A DNA stretch of 64,000 nt. Origin: an uncultured Pseudomonadales bacterium (GTDB lineage: Bacteria; Patescibacteriota; Microgenomatia; UBA1400; CAYNMC01). Each line of letters starts with the position of its first letter. Positions within the stretch are counted from its first letter, which is position 1. Where the stretch lies: assembly GCA_964414895.1 (NCBI GenBank), contig CAYPXO010000001.1, positions 26,999 to 90,998 on the forward strand, in the 5' to 3' direction. Below the pieces are notes generated by a model, which ran no database searches, was not told the origin of the DNA, and worked only from the letters and a program-made list of their open reading frames with translations. Shown one piece after another: positions 57,206 through 64,000 of this stretch. Position numbers and translations under genes: made by a program.

Positions 57206-58726
57206 TCAGGCTACCTGCGTTTCTCTTAACTCTCTTATTACCGTTACTTTAACCTGGCCAGGAACAGAAACTTGATCTTTAACTTTATCTCTTATGTCAA
57301 TCGCCAGCTTAGCTACTGCCGGATCATTTTTTTCTTCGGGATCAACAATCACCCTCAATTCCCTGCCCGCCTGGACAGCATAAGCTTGTCTCACTCCGGA
57401 AAAACTCTTGGCGATTTCTTCCAGTTTTCTTAATCGAGCCGCATACTCTTCATAGTCTTCATAACGAGCTCCCGGCCGACTGCCAGAAATAGCATCGGCA
57501 ATATAAACTAAAACTGCCTCAACACAACTAAAATCCTCATCTCCATGATGTTGAGCAACACAGTCAATAACTTTCCGAGGCATATTGTATTTTTTCAAAA
57601 AGTTAACTCCTATTTGAACATGGCTACCTTCTTCATTAGTAATAACTTTACCAATATCGTGAAGCAGACAACCCAGCCGAACGACATTAATATCGGCCTT
57701 TACTTCATAAGCTAAAGCAACACCTATCTTCGTCTCCTCCAAGGTATGAGAAATCATATTCTGTCCATAAGAAGACCGATAGTGAAAACGTCCTAAAGTA
57801 TCCATTATTTCCCTGGGTAAATTATAAACTTTAACCCTGTGGCAAAGCTCTTCTCCGGATTGATGAATAATTCTATTTATATCTTTCTTTGTTTTTTTGA
57901 CAATTTCTTCGATTCTTACCGGCTGGATTCGACCATCACCAATAAGCTTTTCCAAGGCAACTCTGGCAATTTCTCTCCGCACCGAGTCAAAACTAGAAAG
58001 ACGAATTACTCCTTCCTCGTCCAGATCAACATCAACTCCAGTGGCTTTTTCAAAAGCACGGATATTGCGCCCCTCCCGACCAATAATCCTTCCCTTCATC
58101 TCCTCATCTCTAAGTTTAACTGTCGAAACCGTATATTCAGGAACATAATCAGTTGCTCCTCTTTGCATCGCATCAACCAAAATTTCCTGGGCTTTTTGTT
58201 CAGCAATCTGTTTTGCTTTTTCTTCCTCTTCTCTGACTTGAAGAGCAATTTCCTTTTCCAGCTTCTTCTCCCAGGCCTGAAGGAGAAGTTTTTTTGCTTT
58301 TTCCTTGCTTAAAGAAGCAATTCTCTCCAGCTTGCTTAGTTCTTTTTCTTTTATTTCTTCCAACTCTCGCCTTTTGTGAAAAAGCCGCTTTTTATCTTTT
58401 TCTAAATCTTCTTCTCTTTGTTTAATTCTTGCTATCTTCTGTTGAATTTCTGCCTGCTTTGACTGAATTTTCTGGTCAAGGTTACGCAATTCTCTTTGAC
58501 TCCGATCTAACTGCTCACTGGCCGTTTTCTTAATTTGGAAAGCTTCCTCTTTAGCCTCTAGAATTATTTCTTTAGCTCTCGTTTTCGCTTCTACTAAAAA
58601 CCTGCCATCTCTAGTGCCAACTTTAGTTTTCTTAACAGAGTCTTTGTCTAACTTTTTAGCTTTTTTGAGGGGAGACTTTTTCCCCTTTGCGGCAAAAAGA
58701 GTCCCTAAACGATTAAAAAATGACAT
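57206..58726 (-). CDS. rny: ribonuclease Y
   Basis: Coiled-coil N-terminus, KH domain (IIGREGRNIRAFEKATGVDV) and HD domain (LLHDIGK...HHGDE). Confidence 0.85.
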   Translation of the reverse strand: MSFFNRLGTLFAAKGKKSPLKKAKKLDKDSVKKTKVGTRDGRFLVEAKTRAKEIILEAKEEAFQIKKTASEQLDRSQRELRNLDQKIQSKQAEIQQKIARIKQREEDLEKDKKRLFHKRRELEEIKEKELSKLERIASLSKEKAKKLLLQAWEKKLEKEIALQVREEEEKAKQIAEQKAQEILVDAMQRGATDYVPEYTVSTVKLRDEEMKGRIIGREGRNIRAFEKATGVDVDLDEEGVIRLSSFDSVRREIARVALEKLIGDGRIQPVRIEEIVKKTKKDINRIIHQSGEELCHRVKVYNLPREIMDTLGRFHYRSSYGQNMISHTLEETKIGVALAYEVKADINVVRLGCLLHDIGKVITNEEGSHVQIGVNFLKKYNMPRKVIDCVAQHHGDEDFSCVEAVLVYIADAISGSRPGARYEDYEEYAARLRKLEEIAKSFSGVRQAYAVQAGRELRVIVDPEEKNDPAVAKLAIDIRDKVKDQVSVPGQVKVTVIRELRETQVA

Positions 58727-58854
58727 ATTAACCTCCTAAAAACAATAAACAACAAAAAACTAATAAGGGAGTCGAGGCAATGAGTAGAAATAATCGCTAA
58801 AAAATAAATTCATTGCAAATCCTTTTTTTGCTGATTATCGCTTTGACTGATATT

Positions 58855-59358
58855 CTATCTTTTTTTGAGAAAATCGTCAACCATTCTTAAAGCAAGACTG
58901 GAAGAAAAGCCCCTCCTTAAAAGGTGTTTAAATAATCGATCTTTCAGGGCAACCCCATCAAGCTCTTTGTATAAAACGATTTTTTTTTCTAATACTCTTT
59001 TTACTGCTTGAGCCAACTGGCAACTCTTGATTTTAGCTAATTTTTCTTCTATCAAATGCTTATCAACTCCTTTTTGACAGAGTTCCTTTTTTAAAGCTAT
59101 TTTCCCCTTGGGATTAAACTCCATCCGCTGATCAATCCACCAATCAACAAATTCTTCATCATTAACTAGGTTCTCTTTTTCAAGTTTTCCAACGACATCA
59201 TTAACTAAATTCTGAGTTTTATTGCAAAACTTGTTTATTTTTTTAACAAGATAGCTTTGAATTTCTTTTCTGCTTCGAGGTCTAAAACCAAGAAAGCGAA
59301 GTGAATAACTGTAAAGCTTTTCTAAAATTTCCTTTTGTGAAAAATCATCTTCTGTCAC
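58855..59358 (-). CDS. recX: RecX regulatory protein
   Basis: 167-aa helical-repeat protein immediately downstream of recA. Confidence 0.6.
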   Translation of the reverse strand: MTEDDFSQKEILEKLYSYSLRFLGFRPRSRKEIQSYLVKKINKFCNKTQNLVNDVVGKLEKENLVNDEEFVDWWIDQRMEFNPKGKIALKKELCQKGVDKHLIEEKLAKIKSCQLAQAVKRVLEKKIVLYKELDGVALKDRLFKHLLRRGFSSSLALRMVDDFLKKR

Positions 59359-59364
59359 TGTTCT

Positions 59365-60420
59365 TTATTTTTCTCTTTTCCCTTTTAAATCTTCCTCTTT
59401 AACCATTTTCCAAATTTTTTCCTCTATTCTAGCGGCTAGTTTTTTATCTTCATCTATAGCTACCTTAGCCGCCTCCCGGCCTTGACCTAAAAGTTTTCCT
59501 TCAAATTTATAAAAACTGCCGGATTTCTCAATGACATTCAGTTCTACCCCAACATCCAAAAGCCCGCCAGACCGAGAAACGCCTCCAATATTCATAATGT
59601 CAAACTCAGCTACTCTAAAAGGCGGGGCTACTTTATTTTTTACTACTCTTACTCGGTGACGACTGCCAATAATTTTATCTCCATCATTAATCTTGCCTAT
59701 TTTGCGAGTATCCAGTCGCACCGATGAATAAAATTTCAGAGCCATTCCCCCGGCAGTTGTTTCCGGATTGCCAAACATTACTCCAATCTTCATTCTAATC
59801 TGATTGGTAAAAATCATTGCTGTTTTCGATCGGCTGATTGCTCCGGACAACTTTCTCATCGCCTGGCTCATTAACCGAGCTTGAACACCGACTGAAGCAT
59901 CACCCATCTGGCCTTCAATTTCTGCCTTGGGCACCAAGGCAGCTACTGAATCAACACACAAAACATCAATTGCTCCCGAGCGGATCAGAGTCTCCGCTAT
60001 TTCTAAAGCCTGCTCACCGGTATCCGGCTGAGAAATAATCAAATCGTCCAAGTTAATTCCTATTGATTCGCCACGAGCGGGATCTAAAGCATGTTCGGCA
60101 TCGATAAAAGCTACCTTACCGCCTTTCTTTTGAGCCTCGGCCATTACATGAAGACAGAGCGTTGTTTTTCCAGAAGCCTCCGGCCCATAAATCTCAGTAA
60201 TTCTACCCCGAGGTAAACCACCAACTCCTAAGGCCAAGTCTAAAGCAATTGCTCCTGTTGGAATGACATCAACCTGTAAGTTTTTACTACCATCACCAAA
60301 GCGCATAATCGAACCCTTGCCATAATGCTTTTCAATCTGGGCCATTGCTACTTCAATTGCCTCTAGCTTTTGGTCTTTTACTTTAGAGTTAGAAGAAGAA
60401 TTTTTCTTCGGTCTTCCCAT
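59365..60420 (-). CDS. recA: recombinase RecA
   Basis: [16 protein letters not shown] Walker A and canonical RecA core motifs. Confidence 0.95.
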   Translation of the reverse strand: MGRPKKNSSSNSKVKDQKLEAIEVAMAQIEKHYGKGSIMRFGDGSKNLQVDVIPTGAIALDLALGVGGLPRGRITEIYGPEASGKTTLCLHVMAEAQKKGGKVAFIDAEHALDPARGESIGINLDDLIISQPDTGEQALEIAETLIRSGAIDVLCVDSVAALVPKAEIEGQMGDASVGVQARLMSQAMRKLSGAISRSKTAMIFTNQIRMKIGVMFGNPETTAGGMALKFYSSVRLDTRKIGKINDGDKIIGSRHRVRVVKNKVAPPFRVAEFDIMNIGGVSRSGGLLDVGVELNVIEKSGSFYKFEGKLLGQGREAAKVAIDEDKKLAARIEEKIWKMVKEEDLKGKREK

Positions 60421-60479
60421 AAAAATTCCTTTCTCATTTCATTCCTATCATAAATAATGTTAAAATACAAGAGCAATTG

Positions 60480-60554
60480 CGGGGTATGGTCTAGTGGCTA
60501 TGATAGGCGCATGGGGTGCGTCTGACCCCAGTTCGATTCTGGGTACCCCGACCA
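60480..60554 (+). tRNA. tRNA-Pro (anticodon GGG)
   Basis: Acceptor stem CGGGGTA/TACCCCG with C1-G72 (characteristic of bacterial tRNA-Pro). Anticodon stem-loop GGCGC-AUGGGGU-GCGUC. T-arm CCCAG-TTCGATT-CTGGG. Discriminator A; CCA encoded. Confidence 0.75.
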
Positions 60555-60622
60555 TCCGACTCTCCCGACGTAGCGTCGGGATCGCTCAGGGCAAGCAAAA
60601 GGGAATAAAAAGGAGGATAAAG

Positions 60623-61162
60623 ATGGCAAATAAAAAGGCTAGTTCTCTAGCAACTCTTCTCATAATCATCATTATTTTAAACCTTTTGATTCTTAGTACT
60701 TTTCTTTTCTGGTTTTATCAAGAAAAGATAAAAAAACCTCAAACCTCTCCAAGCCCATCCCCAAGTCCCGTAATCACACCATCAATAAAGCCAACCCCTC
60801 AACCAACTTCTGCCCCTTCTATAATGCCTTCGCCAACACCTTTTCCCACTCCTCCACTTCAAACAAAAAGTGATTTAGAACTAATAAAAGAAGCTTTTGC
60901 GGAAAAATATGACAAACCCCTTGCTGATGTTGAAGTAAATATTGATAAACAAACTGGTCCTTATGCCAGTGGTGGGGTGAGATTTGCGGGAGAAATGGGT
61001 GGCGGTATGTGGTTGGCGTACAAAGATTGTGAAGAATGGGTCATTGTCCACGATGGCCATGGGACGATTTCTTGCGAAGCAATTGAGCCCTATGACTTTC
61101 CCGTTGACATCGTCCCCGAATGCTTTAGGGAAAGCGATGGAACAGTAGTCGAAAGAAGCTAA
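60623..61162 (+). CDS. membrane-anchored hypothetical protein with Pro/Ser/Thr-rich linker
   Basis: Trimmed to the ATG at 60623 (SD GGAGGATAAAG). TM helix, then a PSPSPSP linker, then a Cys-containing globular domain. Confidence 0.45.
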   Translation: MANKKASSLATLLIIIIILNLLILSTFLFWFYQEKIKKPQTSPSPSPSPVITPSIKPTPQPTSAPSIMPSPTPFPTPPLQTKSDLELIKEAFAEKYDKPLADVEVNIDKQTGPYASGGVRFAGEMGGGMWLAYKDCEEWVIVHDGHGTISCEAIEPYDFPVDIVPECFRESDGTVVERS

Positions 61163-61524
61163 ATTTCCTAGGTGTTCAGAGATTAACACCTTCCAGGTGA
61201 TGTTTTCATAACGGCTGTTAAGGCCAAGTGAGGGGCATTTTTGACATCTTTTGATATATTTTTATATATTAAACCAGTTTTTTCATTTTTCGATTTCAAA
61301 ATAATCTTTAAATTTCTAACAAAAAAAGTCTACCTCTCTGGCTAAAGTCCGTATAATATATTAGCTACTAGACTTTTTCTTTTCTTATGTTAGAATAAAT
61401 AAGTTTTAAATCTTAAATAGGTCTGTGGTCCTTTGGCTCCTTTTTTCAGGTCTCCAAAGAAGTTTCCACGAAAAAGATATTCCAGTTTTTAAAGATATCC
61501 CATTTAAAGGAGGTGAGTAAATAA

Positions 61525-61818
61525 ATGAATACCAAACTTTATGTTGGCAATTTAGACTATGCTGTAACTGACGATCAACTAAACGACCTTTTTTCTCAAA
61601 TCGGTAAAGTAGTCAGCGCTACAGTCATTACCGACAAATATTCTGGCCGCTCAAAAGGTTTCGGCTTCGTAGAAATATCTGATGAGAAAGAAGCTGAAAA
61701 AGCAATCAAAGAGCTTAACGAAAAAGAATTCCAAGGCAGAAAAATAATAGTTAATGAAGCCAGGCCAAGAAGACCACGTTCTGGTGGCTTCCGCCCAACA
61801 GGCAATAAAGGTTTCTAA
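61525..61818 (+). CDS. RRM-type RNA-binding protein (Gly/Arg-rich C-terminus)
   Basis: RNP-2 LYVGNL and RNP-1 KGFGFVEI. SD AAAGGAGGTGAG. Confidence 0.8.
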   Translation: MNTKLYVGNLDYAVTDDQLNDLFSQIGKVVSATVITDKYSGRSKGFGFVEISDEKEAEKAIKELNEKEFQGRKIIVNEARPRRPRSGGFRPTGNKGF

Positions 61819-61896
61819 AATTAACTTTAGTCTCCTGGTTAAATTTCGTCTAGTACATAATACACATAAAGTGTAAACTAATGAAAGAGGGTTTTT

Positions 61897-62088
61897 ATGG
61901 ACTGTAAAATAGACGAAAATCTAAAAAATTGCACCTGTACTTATTCGGGTTGTCCCCGAAAAGGAAAGTGTTGTCTTTGTATTGCCTATCACCGCAAAAG
62001 GAATGAGTTGCCCGGTTGTCTCTTTCCTTCAAAAGCAGAAAAAACCTATGATCGTTCAATAACTGCTTTTATAAAAGCATATTCATAA
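61897..62088 (+). CDS. small Cys-rich protein (63 aa, 7 Cys)
   Basis: CTCTYSGCP..CCLC..PGC; lies immediately upstream of the B12-binding radical SAM gene. Confidence 0.4.
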   Translation: MDCKIDENLKNCTCTYSGCPRKGKCCLCIAYHRKRNELPGCLFPSKAEKTYDRSITAFIKAYS

Positions 62089-62094
62089 AGAACA

Positions 62095-63594
62095 ATGAAA
62101 GTCGTTATTGGCTATCCCCCTTTAGACTCAAAAAAAGGTATTCCCCTTTTAAGCCAAAATCGGCAGTTTCAATGGTTTAAAGTCCCTACTTTCATTTACC
62201 CGATTATCCCTGCTTATGCGGCTACCCTAATTAACCAAGCCAACCACCAGGTAGTCTGGCTTGACGGCATAGCGGGAAAGTGGACTTTTGAAAAATGGCT
62301 TATCGAACTTAAAAAATTAAAGCCAGACTTATTGATGATGGAAGCCAAAACTCCGGTAATTAAACACCACTGGAAGATTATCAACAAATTAAAACGACTA
62401 TTCACTAATCACTTATCACTAATCACTGTATTAGTTGGCGATCATGTCACCGCTCTTCCCGAAGAGTCTTTCAAAAACTCTCAAGTTGATTATATCTTAA
62501 CTGGCGGCGATTATGATTTTTTGCTTCTCAACTTAGTTAACCACTTAACTAAAGGAGAAAAGCTCAAACCAGGAATATTGTACAAAAAGAAAATTCGAAA
62601 TTCGAAATTCGAAATTCGAAACACAGGTAAATTCAAACTAAACCATGACTTAGATAAACTCCCAGTCATAGATAGAGAGCTGACAAAGTGGCAACTTTAT
62701 GCATATAAGAATGGTAATTATAAGAAAACTCCAGGTACTTATATTATGGCTGCCCGCGATTGTTGGTGGCATCGTTGCTCTTTTTGTTCTTGGACAAGCT
62801 TGTATCCTAACTATAGAGTAAGAAAAGTAGAAAATGTCTTAAAGGAAATCGGCCAGTTAATCAAAAAGTATAAAATAAGAGAAATTATGGATGATTCCGG
62901 TACCTTTCCTGCCGGAAACTGGCTCAGAAATTTTTGTCAAGGCATGATTAACAGAGGTTATCATAAAAAAATTTATTTTGACTGCAATTTGCGCTTTGGG
63001 GCACTAACAAAAAAAGATTATAAACTGATGGCTCAGGCCGGCTTCCGTCTGCTTCTTTATGGATTGGAGTCAGCCAACCAAAAAACAATTGATAAGCTAA
63101 ACAAAGGCATAAAAATAAACGAAGTTGAGAAAGAATTAAGAATTGCTAAAGAAGCTAATAAAGAAGTTGTCGGCCATCTTGAGCCCCATCTTACTTGTAT
63201 GGTTGGTTATCCCTGGGAGAAAGAAAAAGATGCCAAAAAAACGGTTCAATTAACTAAAGAGCTCTTTAAAAAGGGTTTGATCGCCTCGCTCCAGGCAAGT
63301 CTCATTATTCCTTATCCAGGAACAAAACTGTTCACTGATTGTCAAAAAAAAAGCCTTTTAAAAACTAAAAACTGGAGACGTTTCGATATGAAGGAACCGG
63401 TTATAAAAAGCCCTATCAGCAACAAAAAACTGCTAAGTCTCACTCGCAACCTTTACCAATCGGCACTCAGTCCCCAATTTGTCCTACAAAAAGTCACCTC
63501 TATTCGCTCTTGGGAAGATATTAGATTCTTATCCAAAATTGGTATAAAATTCTTAGGCCATTTATGGAATTTTAAATACCCTCGTCATTCCTGA
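62095..63594 (+). CDS. B12-binding-domain radical SAM protein
   Basis: N-terminal Rossmann-like B12-binding region; radical SAM cluster motif CWWHRCSFC (Cx4Cx2C variant). Contains the (AATTCGA)x4 heptamer repeat. Confidence 0.55.
   Translation: MKVVIGYPPLDSKKGIPLLSQNRQFQWFKVPTFIYPIIPAYAATLINQANHQVVWLDGIAGKWTFEKWLIELKKLKPDLLMMEAKTPVIKHHWKIINKLKRLFTNHLSLITVLVGDHVTALPEESFKNSQVDYILTGGDYDFLLLNLVNHLTKGEKLKPGILYKKKIRNSKFEIRNTGKFKLNHDLDKLPVIDRELTKWQLYAYKNGNYKKTPGTYIMAARDCWWHRCSFCSWTSLYPNYRVRKVENVLKEIGQLIKKYKIREIMDDSGTFPAGNWLRNFCQGMINRGYHKKIYFDCNLRFGALTKKDYKLMAQAGFRLLLYGLESANQKTIDKLNKGIKINEVEKELRIAKEANKEVVGHLEPHLTCMVGYPWEKEKDAKKTVQLTKELFKKGLIASLQASLIIPYPGTKLFTDCQKKSLLKTKNWRRFDMKEPVIKSPISNKKLLSLTRNLYQSALSPQFVLQKVTSIRSWEDIRFLSKIGIKFLGHLWNFKYPRHS
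62591..62620. repeat. heptanucleotide tandem repeat (AATTCGA)x4 within the rSAM coding sequence
   Basis: aaattcgaaattcgaaattcgaaattcgaaa. Confidence 0.7.
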
Positions 63595-63715
63595 CTCCGA
63601 TCAGGAATCTATAAAAATAACGCAGTCATCCCGAATTTATTTCGGGATCTATACAAAATAATTACTTCTATAGATTCCGAATCATGTGCGGAATGACAAT
63701 GAATATTGATAAAAT

Positions 63716-64000
63716 ATGAAAAGAAGGTTCCCTCTTATCTCCATCATCATTACTACCAAAAATGAAGAAAAAAATATTGAAAATTGTCTAAAAAGCATCA
63801 AGCTACAAAGCTATCCGCAAGAGAAAATCGAAATCATTGTTGTCGACAACAATTCAATTGATAAAACCGTTAAGCTTGCTAAAAACTATACCAATAAAGT
63901 TTTTAACAAAGGGCCGGAAAGATCAGCACAGCGAAATTTTGGCATACTTAAAAAGTCCAAAGGGAAATACACAATGTTTCTAGACGCTGACATGACCTTG
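63716..64000 (+). CDS. family 2 glycosyltransferase (N-terminal part; runs off the window)
   Basis: ISIIITTKNEEKNIENCL...VVDNNSIDKT...FLDADM matches the GT2 DxD pattern. Confidence 0.7.
   Translation, partial: MKRRFPLISIIITTKNEEKNIENCLKSIKLQSYPQEKIEIIVVDNNSIDKTVKLAKNYTNKVFNKGPERSAQRNFGILKKSKGKYTMFLDADMTL

Noticed and set aside
57839-58312. 157-aa plus-strand ORF
   Set aside because: Antisense to RNase Y, whose KH and HD motifs are unambiguous on the minus strand.
60480-60554. tRNA-Pro as a prophage or island attachment site
   Set aside because: No integrase or GC shift is adjacent. The phage integrase is 22 kb away, next to comM, which is the actual integration site.
60494-60622. Upstream extension of ORF 60494..61162
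   Set aside because: The extension starts inside tRNA-Pro; the real start is the ATG at 60623, which has an SD.

Overview
The window is the junction between a temperate tailed-phage genome (prophage, about 1..38057) and a low-GC host chromosome (38058..64000). The prophage is roughly 50% GC, has almost all genes on the + strand and uses strong AGGAGGTGA-type Shine-Dalgarno sites. The host segment is roughly 35% GC and looks like a small-genome, uncultivated-type bacterium, possibly CPR/Patescibacteria-like (an inference, not verified). The prophage ends with a tyrosine integrase (36837..37925, -) that directly abuts a 3'-truncated comM/yifB gene (38058..39011, -), so the phage is integrated into comM and its left end lies upstream of the window. 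Phage modules, left to right: an early/replication region containing an HTH replication initiator with internal palindromic iterons, an SLT-like protein, Zn-ribbon proteins and a ParB-N::DNA methyltransferase fusion; then terminase small and large subunits; then a self-contained moron cassette (own promoter and terminator) encoding a membrane-anchored SNase-Excalibur nuclease and two paralogous Cys-rich membrane proteins; then portal, a head module (acidic scaffold, major capsid) and structural genes including a KhpA-like KH protein; then an 862-aa protein with three copies of an unrecognised ~185-aa domain plus a C-terminal amidase_2, a repeat-rich fiber and a 1907-aa giant protein carrying a degenerate J-like domain and a KptA/Tpt1(PARP-fold)-like domain; then lysis genes (C39-like peptidase endolysin, holin, XhlA-like). 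Host genes: comM fragment, class A beta-lactamase-like hydrolase, rnpB (RNase P RNA), AI-2E transporter, miaA, miaB, a PIN/Phd toxin-antitoxin pair, NUDIX, EamA, VanW-like, PMT/ArnT-like glycosyltransferase, FtsB-like, two paralogous ABC-2 permease pairs plus an ATPase, HU, RNase Y, recX, recA, tRNA-Pro(GGG), an RRM protein, a small Cys-rich ORF, a B12-binding radical SAM protein and a GT2 (partial). Non-coding signals: twin promoter / conserved 22-mer / terminator-hairpin units in front of the portal and head operons; a palindromic 45-nt leader shared by host genes; heptanucleotide tandem repeats inside miaA, miaB and the rSAM gene; and ~62-bp direct repeats flanking the TA-NUDIX-EamA cassette.
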